DNA from: an uncultured Planctomycetota bacterium
GTDB lineage: Bacteria > Planctomycetota > Planctomycetia > Isosphaerales > Isosphaeraceae
DNA: 64,000 bases
NCBI GenBank assembly: GCA_963737655.1
Contig: CAVTTN010000002.1
Span: 7,072,001 to 7,136,000, forward strand
Direction: 5' to 3'
Position numbers and translations under genes: made by a program
In this document: one piece after another, positions 1-12,000 of the stretch
Position numbering within the stretch: the first letter of the stretch is position 1
Layout of the letters: each line of letters opens with the position of its first letter
The notes under the pieces: model-generated
Database searches by the model: none
What the model was told of the DNA's origin: nothing
The model's input: only the letters and a program-made list of their open reading frames with translations

Positions 1-1021
1 CCGGGAAGGCTCGGAGGTGAAGAAGGGCGAGCTCCTCTTCGAGATCGACCCCCGGCCCTATCAGGCCCAGCTCGATCAGGCCAACGGCCAGGTGAACCTG
101 TACAAGGCCCAGTACAAGCTCGCCCAGCTCAACTACGCGAGAGACCACGCCGTCGCCGCCAAGGTGCCCGGGAGCATCAGCCAGCAGCAGCTCGACCAGG
201 ACCTCGCCGCCATCGACGAGGCCGCCGCGCGGGTCAAGGCGTATGAGGCCTATACGGAGGTCTACACGCTGAATCTGGAGTTCACCAAGGTCACCTCGCC
301 GATCGACGGCCTGATCAGCCGCTATTACCTGACCGTCGGCAACCTGGTGAACCAGGACCAGACGCTCTTGACCACCGTCGTCTCGCTCGACCCGATGTAC
401 GTCTACTTCGACATGGACGAGCCGACCCTGCTGAGGCTCCGCAAGGCGAGGAACTCGGGCGAGCTGAAGCCGGCCCCGGCGGGCGAGTATCCGGTGCTGA
501 TGGCGCTTCAGGGGGAAGACAGCTTCGGCCACAAGGGGGCCGTCAATTTCGTGAACAACCAGGTCAACCCGGCGACGGGGAGCATCACGCTCCGCGGGGT
601 CTTCGCCAACCCGAAGGCCGAGGGCGGGACCCGGCTGCTCTCTCCGGGGATGTTCGTGCGGATCCGGCTGCCGATCGGCCAGCCCCACCAGGCGCTTTTG
701 GTGATCGACCGCGCCATCGGGTCGGACCAGGGCCAGAAGTTCGTGTACGTGGTCGATGGGCAGAACAAGGTGCAGTACCGGCGGATCAGCACCGGGACGC
801 TCCAGGAAGACGGCCTCCGGGAGATCACCCAGGGCCTCAAGCCGGAGGACCTCGTGCTCGTCGGCGGCCTCCAGCAGGTCCGCCCCCAGACGAAGATCCA
901 GCCGGAACCCCGGGCGATGCCGACCCTGAGCGCGCCGTCGGCCGTCCCGGTCGAGCCGACGGCCGCCCCGGCCCCGGCCCCGGGCGGGGCCGGCTCGGGC
1001 GGGGCTCGTCCGAAGTCCTGA
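1..1021 (+). CDS. RND efflux membrane-fusion protein (AcrA/MexE-like); 5' end lies before the window
   Basis: KKGELLFEIDPRPYQA, TKVTSPIDG, VDNQV-like VNNQVNPATGSITLRG and LSPGMFVRIRL are MFP motifs; the frame is open back to the window edge. Confidence 0.92.
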   Translation, partial: REGSEVKKGELLFEIDPRPYQAQLDQANGQVNLYKAQYKLAQLNYARDHAVAAKVPGSISQQQLDQDLAAIDEAAARVKAYEAYTEVYTLNLEFTKVTSPIDGLISRYYLTVGNLVNQDQTLLTTVVSLDPMYVYFDMDEPTLLRLRKARNSGELKPAPAGEYPVLMALQGEDSFGHKGAVNFVNNQVNPATGSITLRGVFANPKAEGGTRLLSPGMFVRIRLPIGQPHQALLVIDRAIGSDQGQKFVYVVDGQNKVQYRRISTGTLQEDGLREITQGLKPEDLVLVGGLQQVRPQTKIQPEPRAMPTLSAPSAVPVEPTAAPAPAPGGAGSGGARPKS

Positions 1022-1034
1022 GGGACCGTCGTCC

Positions 1035-4000
1035 ATGCTCTCGCGCTTCTTCATCGATCGGCCGATCTTCGCCACGGTCCTGAGCGTGCTCATCACGCTC
1101 GTCGGCGGGATCGCGCTGATGAGCCTGCCCCTGGCCCAGTATCCTCGGATCACTCCGCCCGGGGTGGTCGTGGCGATCACCTATCCCGGCGCCAACGCCC
1201 AGACGGTGGCCGAGACCGTCGCCGCGCCGATCGAGCAGCAGGTCACGGGCGTCCCCGGGATGCTCTACATGTCGTCGCAGTCGGGCAATGACGGCTCCTA
1301 CCAGCTGAGCTGCACGTTCGACGTCGCCACCGACCTGAACGCGGCCCTCGTGATGGTCCAGAACCGGGTGACCCTGGCCATGCCCCTGCTTCCCACGGCC
1401 GTCCAGAGGCAGGGCATCGCGATCCGCAAGAGGACGCCCGACATCCTCATGATGGTCGATTTCACGTCCTCCGACGGCCGTTACGACGACGTGTATCTGA
1501 GCAATTTCGTCCTGATCAACGTCCGGGACGAGATCCTCCGAGTGGACGGGGTCTCGGACATCAACATCATGGGCGAGAGGGATTACAGCGTCCGCGCCTG
1601 GCTCGACCCGCAGAAGCTCGCCTCGAGGAACATGACGGCCAACGACGTGGCCAACGCGGTGCGGTCGCAGAACATCGAGGCGGCCCTGGGGCAGATCGGC
1701 CAGGCGCCGATGGACCGCTCCCAGGCGTTCCAACTGCCGATCGACACGCTCGGCCGGCTCTCCAGCCCGGAGCAATTCGGCGACATCATCGTGAAGGTCG
1801 GCCAGAGCCGGCTGGACGTGGCGAGCCGGGGTGGAGGGACGCCTTCCTCGTCGGGGATGACCGTGCCGGGCGGCTCGGGCGGGATGTCCATGGCGATGGG
1901 AGGGACGTCGGGACCGGGCTCGTCGGCCGCGGCGTCGGGCTCGGTCATGCCCTCGATCGACACGCCCGGGATCACCGTGGCCGGCGCCGGCGGCTCCGGG
2001 GCGATGTACGCGACGGCCAACAGCAGCATCTCGCAGTGGCTCCGGCCCGCGACGACCTCGGCCCCGGCGATGGCCGGAGGCGTCTCGACCCTCGGGGGAG
2101 GGACCGCCGGAGGGGGCGGGACCACCGGAGGGGGCGGCACCGCCACCGGGGGGGCGACCATCAGCGGAGGGGCCCAATCCGGCGGAGGAGCGAACACCCC
2201 GACCTCGACCGGAGACCCCTCCGAGGAGGACGACGCCGGGATGCTCGCCAGCGGCCTGCTGGTCGGCGGGGGATCGGCCAACGGGGCGCTCAGCACCTCC
2301 ACTCAGGGCCGAGGCGCCGAGGTCCCGACCACCTCGATCGTCCGCCTCCGCGACGTGGCCCGGGTCGAGATGGGCGCCTTGAACTACAACCAGGCCATCT
2401 TCTTCGACGGCAAGCCGGCCGTCGGCCTGGCCGTCTACCAGCTCCCGGGGACCAACGCCCTGGACGTCGCCGACCGCGTCCGGGCCCGGATGGCGGAGCT
2501 CGCCCAGAGGTTCCCCGAGGGGATCGAATACACCGTCGGATACGACACCACCCCGTTCATCCGCGAGTCGATCGACGAGGTCTTCAAGACCCTGTTCGAC
2601 GCCATCATCCTGGTGGCCATCGTCGTCCTGTTCTTCCTCCAGGACTGGCGGGCGATGATCCTGCCGATGATCGACGTGCCCGTGTCGCTGATCGGCACCT
2701 TCGCCGTGATGGCCGTCCTCGGCTACAGCCTGAACAACATCTCGCTGTTCGGCCTGGTCCTGGCGATCGGGATCGTGGTGGATGACGCGATCGTCGTCCT
2801 CGAGAACATCGAGCGGCAGATGGCCAAGGGGCTGGAGCCTCGCGAGGCCACGCTCCGGGCGATGGAGGAGATCACCGGGCCGATCATCGCCATCACCGTG
2901 GTCCTCAGCGCCGTGTTCGTCCCGTGCGCGTTCATCAGCGGGATCACGGGACGGTTCTTCCAGCAGTTCGCCGTGACGATCGCCGCCTCGACGATCATCT
3001 CGGCCGTCAATGCGCTGACGATGACGCCCTCCCGGGCCCTGCTGATCCTGAAGAGCGGCGGCTTCGGCGGCCACGGGACGAAGCGCGAGGCGCTGCCGTG
3101 GTGGATCTTCGGCGTGATCGGCGGACGCCTCGCCCTGGTCTACGGGCCGAGGTTCCTCGCGGCGCGGTTCGGCCTGCCGGTGCCCGGGGGGGAGGGGCCG
3201 GGCCCGTATCCGTCGTGGGCCTTGACGGTCGGCTGGTGCGCCCCGGGCGTCGTGGTCGGCCTGGCGGTCGGCCGGGTCGTGATCCGCCCGGTCAACGCGG
3301 TCCTCTCCTGGGTCTTCCGGGGGTTCAACGGCCTGTTCGACGCGATGACCTCGGCCTACGGCTGGACGATCGGCAAGGCGTTGAAGTTGTCCTTCCTGGT
3401 CTTGCTGCTCTACGCCGGCCTCCTGGTCCTGACCTGGACCCTCTTCCGAAGCGCGCCGACGGGCTTCGTCCCCCAGCAGGACATGGGCCGGTGCATGGCG
3501 GGCGTCCAGCTCCCGGACTCGTCCTCGCTGGAGAGGACGAAGGAGATCATGAAGCGGATCGAGAAGATCACCCGAGAGACGCCCGGCGTGGCCCACACGA
3601 TCTCAATTTGCGGGATGTCGTTCGTCCAGCAATCCAACGGGCCGAACTTCGGGTCGCTGTTCATCATCCTCGACCCGTTCGCCAAGAGGCAGAAGCCGGA
3701 CCTCAAGGACGAGGCGATCATGGCGAAGCTGCGGGCCCGGTGGGGCCGGGAGGTCCCCGACGCCCGGGCCGTGGTCTTCGGCGCGCCGTCGATCCCCGGG
3801 ATCAGCGTGGCGGGCGGCTTCAAGGTGATCGTCGAGGACCGCGGGGGCTCGGCATCAACAACCTCCAGGACCAGACCGACCGCCTGATCGGTTCCCTCCG
3901 CGACTCGCCGGGCCTGGTGAACGTGAACACGCAGTTCCGCTCGGGAATCCCGCAATACTACCTCGACGTGGACCGCGCGAAGGTCGCCGCCCTGGGGCTC

Positions 4001-5102
4001 TCGCCGGACGAGGTCAACCAGACGCTCCAGATCTATCTCGGCTCCTCGTATGTGAACAGTTTCAATGAATTCGGCCGGCACTGGCAGGTGACGTTGCAGG
4101 CCGAGGGGGAGTTCCGCTCCCGGCCCGAGTCGATCAACCTGTTCCAGGTCCGCAACAAGTGGGGGATGATGGTGCCGGTGGGGACCGTGGCGAGGATTCG
4201 CGAGGTCACCGGGCCGATCTTCGTGAACCGCTACAACCTCTACACGGCCGCGCCGATCACCGGCGGCCTCAAGCCCGGGGCGAACACGGGAGACGTGATC
4301 TCGTCGGTGGATCGCGCGGCCGACGCGGCGCTCCCCCGGTCGATGAAGGCGGACTGGACCGAGTTGATGTACCTCCAGATCCTCGAAGGCAACACCACGC
4401 CCCCGCAGGTCGTCTTCGCGCTGTCGGTCCTGTTCGTGTTCCTCGCGCTCTCGGCCCTTTATGAGAGCTGGACGCTGCCCCTGGCGGTGATCCTGGTCGT
4501 CCCGCTGTGCGTGCTGTGCGCGGTGGTGGGCGTCCTGGCCTCGGGCACGTCGGTGAACATCTTCGTCCAGGTGGGACTGGTGGTCCTGGTGGGCCTGGCG
4601 TGCAAGAACGCGATTTTGATCGTCGAGTTCGCCCGGGAGAAGCACGAGGCCGGGATGCCGGTCCGCGAGGCGACCCAGGAGGCGGCGAGGCTCCGGCTTC
4701 GGCCCATCTTGATGACGTCGTTCGCCTTCATCCTCGGCGTCCTGCCGCTGGTGTACTCGTCGGGGGCAGGGCGCGGAGATGAGGCGGTCGCTGGGCGTGT
4801 CGGTCTTCAGCGGGATGCTCGGCGTGACGATCTTCGGCGTGTTCCTGACCCCCGTGTTCTTCGCCGTGATCCAGGGATTCGGCGAGTCGAAGGTCTTCGG
4901 GAAGGCCCGGACGCGGAAGGTCGTCTCCGGCGTCCTGGGGATCGTCCTGGGGGCCGCGATCGGCTACCTGTTCGGCCGGCTCGGCCTGATGAGGCCGGTC
5001 TGGGCGTCGACGATTGGCGGGGTGGCCGGACTTCTCGGCGTGGCGATGATCCCGAGGCGGACGTTCTTCCCGGAAGACGGGACGAACCGGCGGAGGGCCT
5101 GA
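1035..5102 (+). CDS. RND permease 1 (HAE1/AcrB-MexF family), split by two apparent frameshifts (~3845, ~4770), with a ~175-aa G/S/T-rich insertion
   Basis: MLSRFFIDRPIFA start, GIVVDDAIVVLEN (TM4), KNAILIVEFA and RLRPILMTSFAF are spread across ORFs 1035-3887, 2924-5362 (distal part) and 4779-5102. Confidence 0.9.
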
Positions 5103-5105
5103 TCC

Positions 5106-8100
5106 GTGCTGTCCCGATTCTTCATCGACCGCCCCGTGTTCGCCACGGTCGTCTCGGCCGTGATCGTCCTGGCCGGGATCGTCTCGTACTTCGCCCTGCC
5201 CGTGGCGCAGTATCCCGACGTGGCGCCGGCCACGGTGCAGGTCCGCGCCTCATACCCCGGCGCCAATGCCCAGACCGTCCGCGACACCGTCGCCGCGCCG
5301 ATCGAGGAGCAGATCAGCGGCGTCGAGGGCATGCTCTACATGTCCTCCACGTCCACCAATGACGGCGCCTACTCGCTGACCGTCACGTTCAAGGCGGGGA
5401 TGGACTCGGACATGGCCCAGGTCCTGGTCCAGAACCGCGTGAGCCTGGCCTTGCCCGTCATCCCCGCCCTGGTGCAGAACGAGGGGATCACCGTCAAGAA
5501 GATGTCCCCGAGTACGTTGATGATCGTCAACCTCGTCTCGCCCGACGACAGCCACGACGCCACGTTCCTGAGCAATTACGCGACGATCTATGTGAAGGAC
5601 GAGCTCGGGCGGCTCGACGGGGTGGCGGGGATCACCTATCTCGGCCAGCGCGATTACAGCCTCCGGGCCTGGCTCGACCCGGACCGGATGGCGGCGCTGG
5701 GCCTGGGCGCGATGGACGTGGTCACCGCGATCGCCCAGCAGAACCTCCAGGTCGCGGCCGGTCAGATCGGCCAGCCGCCGGCCGATCGCAGCCAGCAATT
5801 CCAGCTCAGCATCAACACCAAGGGCCGCCTGACCGACCCCGAGGAGTTCGCCGCCATCATCGTCAAGGGCGCGACGACCAACCCGATGACGCAGACGACC
5901 ACGGGGACCGCCGCCGAGGCCACCTCGGGGGCGGCCCCGGCCTCGGGCGCCGCCGGATCGAGCGGGACGGGGCAGCTCGGCACCTCGGGCGGCGTGAGCG
6001 GGACGGCCCCGCCGTCCACCGGCATCGTCTACCTCCGAGACGTGGTGACTCGCGACATCGAAGGCCGCCCCCGGATCGAGCTCGGGTCCCAGCAATACGA
6101 CCAGGCCTGCACGCTCGACCGTCACCCCTCGGTCGCGCTGTCGATCTTCCAGCTGCCCGGCTCCAACGCCCTGGGGACCGCCGAGAAGGTCCAGGCCAAG
6201 ATGAAGCAGTTGAAGAACGGCTTCCCGGAGGGGCTCGACTACCAGATCGTCTACGACACCACCCCGTTCATCCGCGAGTCGATCGACGAGGTGGGCCGGA
6301 CCCTCGTCGCGGCCGTCGTGCTCGTGGCCATCGTCGTCCTGTTCTTCCTCCAGGACTGGAAGGCGATGATCCTGCCGATGATCGACGTGCCCGTGTCGCT
6401 GATCGGCACCTTCGCCGTGATGGCCGCCCTGGGCTTCACCCTGAACAACCTCACGCTGTTCGGCCTGGTCCTGGCGATCGGGATCGTGGTGGATGACGCC
6501 ATCGTCGTCCTCGAGAACATCGAGCGGCAGATGGCCCGCGGGCTGGACGTCCGGACGGCGACGATCAAGGCGATGGAGGAGATCACCGGGCCGGTCCTGG
6601 CGATCACGATGGTCCTCTGCGCGGTGTTCATCCCGTGTTGCTTCATGGGCGGGGTCAGCGGGCAGTTCTTCCGGCAGTTCGCCGTCACGGTGGCCACCTC
6701 GACGGTGATCTCGGCCATCAACGCGCTGACCATGACGCCCTCCCGGGCCGTGATGATCTTCAAGACCGATGCCACGGCCGAGGGCCACAAGCATCGTCGC
6801 GAGGCCCTGCCGTGGTGGATCTTCGGCGTCCTCGGCGGGCTGCTCACGGCGTCGCTCGGCCCGAAGTTCCTGCCCCAACTGCCGGCCCTCCTCGCCATCC
6901 CGGCCGACGAGGCGAACGGCTCGATCCGGGCGTGGCTGGTCTGGAGCGCGTATTTCGCGCCCGGGGCGCTCGTCGGCGGGATCCTCGGAGCGTTGATCAT
7001 CCGGCCGGTGAACGTCGCCCTGGGATGGCTGTTCGGCGCGTTCAACCGGATATTCGACTGGCTGACCGAGGTCTACGGCAAGATGGTGGCCGGGCTCCTC
7101 CGCCTGAGCCTCATCGCCCTGTTCCTCTACGGGGGCCTGCTGATCCTGACCGGCTGGCAGTTCTACCGGGCGCCATCGGGCTTCATCCCCCAGCAGGACA
7201 AGGGCTACCTGATCCTCAACGTCCAGCTCCCCGACGCCGCCGCCGTGGACCGGACTCGCCGGGTGCTCGACCGGATCGAGCAGGTCGCCCTGAGTACCCC
7301 GGGCGTGGAGCACACGTTGGGGGTCGCCGGTCGGTCCCTGATCCTCAACGCCAACGCGCCCAATCTGGCGTCGATGTACGTGATCCTCAAGGAGTTCGGC
7401 GAGCGAGACGCCCAGGGCCTGACCGCCGAGTCCATCGCGGCTCAGCTTCGCCAGAGGTGCCAGCAGGAGGTTCGAGGCGGGGTGGTCTCGACGTTCGGCG
7501 GCCCGTCGGTCGAGGGGCTGGGCACCACCGGAGGCTTCCGGATGATCGTCGAGGACCGGGGCAACCTCGGCCTGGGCGAGCTCCAGAGGGTCACCGACCA
7601 GATCGTCAGCCGAGGCAACCGGACGGCCGGGCTCCGCGGCCTCTTCAGCGGCTCCCGGGCCAGCACGCCCTGGCTCTACCTCGACATCGACCGCACCAAA
7701 TGCATGGCGCTGGGGATCTCGATCAGCGACCTGTTCAACACCTTGCAGGTCTACCTCGGCTCCTATTACGTGAACAACTTCAACAATTTCGGCCGGACCT
7801 GGCAGGTCGTCGTCCAGGCCGACCAGACCTTCCGCGACCGGGTGGACGAGATCCGCAAGCTCCAGGTCCGCAACAACCAGGGACAGATGGTCCGGCTCGG
7901 GACGCTCCTGGACGTCCGCGACACGATCGGCCCGGTCATGCTCCTCCGCTACAACCTGTATTCGGCCGCCGCGATCACCGGGGACGCCTCGCCGGGCACC
8001 AGCTCGGGCCAGGCGATCGCGATGGTCCAGAAGGTGGCCGACGAGGAGATGCCCCGGTCGATGGCGTCGGACTGGACCGAATTGACCTACCTCCAGCTCC

Positions 8101-8706
8101 AGGCGGGCAACACCACGCTGATCTCCTTCGGCCTGGCGGTGATGTTCGTGTTCCTGGTCCTGGCGGCCCTGTACGAGAGCTGGACGCTGCCCCTGGCGGT
8201 GATCCTGGTGGTGCCGATGTGCCTGCTGTGCTCGATCGCCGGGGTCGAGGCTCGCGGGCTCGGAGGTGACGATCTTCACGCAGATCGGCTTCGTGGTGCT
8301 GGTGGGGCTGGCGAGCAAGAACGCGATCCTGATCGTCGAATTCGGCAAGCAGCTCCAGGAGGCGGGCGTCCCCCGGTGGGAGGCGACCCTCCAGGCGTCG
8401 AAGCTCCGGCTCCGGCCGATCGTGATGACGTCGTTCGCCTTCATCCTGGGCGTCCTGCCCCTGGTGATCGCCACCGGGGCCGGCGCCGAGATGCGCAAGG
8501 CCCTGGGCGTGGCGGTCTTCGGCGGGATGCTCGGCGTGACGGTCTTCGGCGTGTTCCTCACCCCGGTGTTCTTCTACGTGATCCGCCGGATCGACCGCGA
8601 GACGCCGGGCGGCCCGCCCGGGGCCAAGCCGGGGCCGGTGGACGTGCCCGTCCCGATCGCGGACGTCGATCCGGGCAGCCCCGCGCCGATCTCGGGCACG
8701 GCCTGA
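5106..8706 (+). CDS. RND permease 2 (HAE1 family), one apparent frameshift at ~8255
   Basis: Same RND motifs as permease 1; the C-terminus KNAILIVEFG..RLRPIVMTSFAF is in ORF 8266-8706. Confidence 0.9.
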
Positions 8707-9024
8707 AATCCCTCGGCGCGGCCTCCGCCGAAAAATACATGGCCATCCCGTCACAAGACTCTATCTTGTCGCGAGCGTTCCCTTTATTCTAGGCATCCTC
8801 GATCGGCCGTTGACGGTCCAGGGAGATGCGTCGGCGGGGGGGCCTGGGGGGGCGTCGACGGGATTTTCGGCCTCCCCCGCGTGAAAGCCTCTTTCCGGGC
8901 CTCGGTCGGCCGGTCGAGGACGCCGTATCCATTGACGATGTGGGTGCGTGGCGGACGTGATGCAGGACGCGAAGACATTCGACCTCTCCCACACCCCTGC
9001 ATTCCTCCATTGAGGGCCAGCCCA

Positions 9025-12000
9025 ATGTCGCATCGCGAGCGTTCCATCGATGTCGAGCGGACTCGCAGGAAGAGGCGGACTCGAGCGAGGGCCGAGCTCG
9101 GCGTGATGGCCCTGGAGGGCCGGGTCCTGCTGACGGTCACCGACGTGACGACCGGGATGACCTTCGCCACGATCCAGGCGGCCGTGGACGCCGCCGCCGC
9201 CGGCGACACGCTGAAGGCCACGGCCGGGACCTATAACGAGACCGTCAACGTCACCAAGACCCTGACGATCCAGGGGGCGAGGAGCGGGGTGGACGCCCGC
9301 AACCGCCCGGGGGGCATCAGCACCGAGTCGGTCGTCACCGGGACCACCGGCGGCTTCACGATCGACGCCAAGGACGTGGTGATCGACGGCTTCACGATCG
9401 ACGGCGCCACGGGGGGGCCGGGCATCTCGACCACGCCCACGACCGCCGGCGACCAGATCCTCAACAACATCATCAACAACAACGTCCAGGGCATCCTCCT
9501 GGCCAGCAACGGGACGTCGCCGACGCTGGTCAAGCAGAACGAGATCTCCAACAACAACCAGGCCGGCACCCACAGCGGATTCGGGATCTTTTCGGACCAG
9601 AACGTCCAGGACGCGACGATCGATTCCAACGCGTTCCTCAACAACTCGTCGGGCGATATCCGCTTCGTCGGGGCCACGGTCAGCCAGGTCGGGATCGACA
9701 TCACCAACAACGGGTTCAGCGGCGGGTCCATCGGCCTCTCCGACGTCTCCGGCTCGATCATCACCGGCAACACGATGACCGGGACGGCGGGCCCGGCGAT
9801 CGAGCTGGGCGGCGGCGACGCGGGGATCTCGATCGAGTCCAACACGATCGTCAACAACGCGACGATCGGCGTGGACGTCAGCACGACGCTCCAGACGACC
9901 GCCTCGGCCAACAGCAACGTGACGATCCGCGCCAACCGATTCTTCGGCAACTCCAAGGCGGGCGTCTCGATCGCGGCCCCGGCCGCCTACACCGGCGGCG
10001 CCCTGGACGCCGTTGACAACTGGTGGGGCAGCAACGCCGGGCCGAACCAGACCGGCAACGACTCGACCTCCGGCGACGTGAACGCCACGCCCTGGATCGT
10101 GATGACCATCGCGGCCACGCGCCCGACGGTCGGCCCCGGCGGCTCGTCCGAGGTCACGGCCGGCTTCACCACCGATTCCAACGGCGGGGCCCTGCCCGCC
10201 GGCGCGACCTTCCCCGACGGCACCGCCGTCGCCTTCTCCGCGACGGGCGGGACGATGGCCCCGACGTCGGCGCTGACCGCCACCGGGTCGGCCATGTCCA
10301 CCTTCACCGCGGGAAGCGCCGGCGACGCCTCGTCCAAGGCGACCCTGGACGATCAGTCGCTGACCGTCCCGATCACCGTCCAGGCGATCACGATCACCCC
10401 GGCCACCCTCTCGCCCACCACGATCGGCCAGTCGGTGAACCAGACGATCACCGCGACCGGCGGGGCGGGTACGTTCACCTACACGGTGACCGCCGGGGCC
10501 CTGCCCGACGGCCTGGCCCTGGCCTCCGGCTCCGGGGCCCTGACCGGCACGCCGACCTCCGCCGGCACGACCACCTTCACCGTGACGGCCACCGACATTT
10601 CCGGGGGCACCGGCACCCAGGGCTACTCGTTCGTCGTCAACCCGGCCGTGACCTTCACCACGACCACCCTGCCGGCGACGACGGCCGGGATCGCCTACAG
10701 CCAGCAGTTGGCGACCACCGGCGGGACGTCGCCGACGACCTTCGCCGTGACCACCGGGACGCTGCCGGCCGGGGTCACGCTGTCGATGGCCGGCCTGCTC
10801 AGCGGGACGCCGACCACGGCCGGTTCTTCGGCCGTGACGGTCACCGCCACCGACGCCGCCGGGGCCAAGGCCACCCAGGACCTCACCCTCCTGATTAACC
10901 CGGCCGTCACCTTCACGACGACCACCTTGCCCGCCACCACCCTCGGCGCCTCGTACAACCATCAGGTTTCGGCGACCGGCGGGACCGGCTCGCTGACCTT
11001 CGCCGTGACCACCGGGACGTTGCCGGCCGGGGTCACGCTGTCGATGGCCGGCCTGCTCAGCGGGACGCCGACGGCGGCCGGCTCCTCCACCTTCACCGTG
11101 ACGGCCACCGATAGCCTGGGAGCCAAGGCCACCCAGGGCCTCACCCTCCTCGTCAACCCGGCCGTGACCTTCACCACGACCACCCTGCCGGCGACGACGG
11201 CCGGGATCGCCTACAGCCAGCAGCTGGCGACCACCGGCGGGACGTCGCCGACGACCTTCGCCGTGACCACCGGGACGCTGCCGGCCGGGGTCACGCTGTC
11301 GATGGCCGGCCTGCTCAGCGGGACGCCGACGACGGCCGGTTCTTCGGCCGTGACGGTCACCGCCACCGACGCCGCCGGGGCCAAGGCCACCCAGAATCTC
11401 ACCCTCCTGGTCAACCCGCCGGTGGCCATCACCACGACCACCTTGCCGGCGACGACCGCCGGGATCTCCTACATCCAGACCCTGGCGGCGACCGGGGGGA
11501 CCGGCTCGCTGACCTACTCCGTGACCACGGGCACGCTGCCGGCGGGCCTGTCGCTGTCGCCCTCGGGCGCGATCAGCGGGACTCCGACCGCCGCCGGCTC
11601 CTCCCCCTTCACCGTGACGGCCACCGACAGCCTGGGCGCCACGGCCACCAAGAACCTCACGATCCTGGTCAACCCGGCCGTCACCCTGAACGCCACGGCG
11701 CCGCCCGCTGGGTCGGTCGGTTCGGCCTACAGCTCGCAGATCTCGGCGACCGGGGGGACCGGCGCCCTGACCTACGCGGTGACGACCGGCACGCTGCCGG
11801 CGGGGCTCACGCTGTCGTCTTCCGGCCTGATCAGCGGGACGCCCACGACGGCCGGCTCTTCCACGTTCTTCATCACGGCCACCGATTCGCTCGGCGCCTC
11901 GGGCTCCGCGGTCTATTCGATCCCGATCCGCGCGGCCCTGGCGGTCAGCCCGTCGGCGCTCCCGGCCGGGGTGCTGAACACGTCCTATATCCAGACGATC

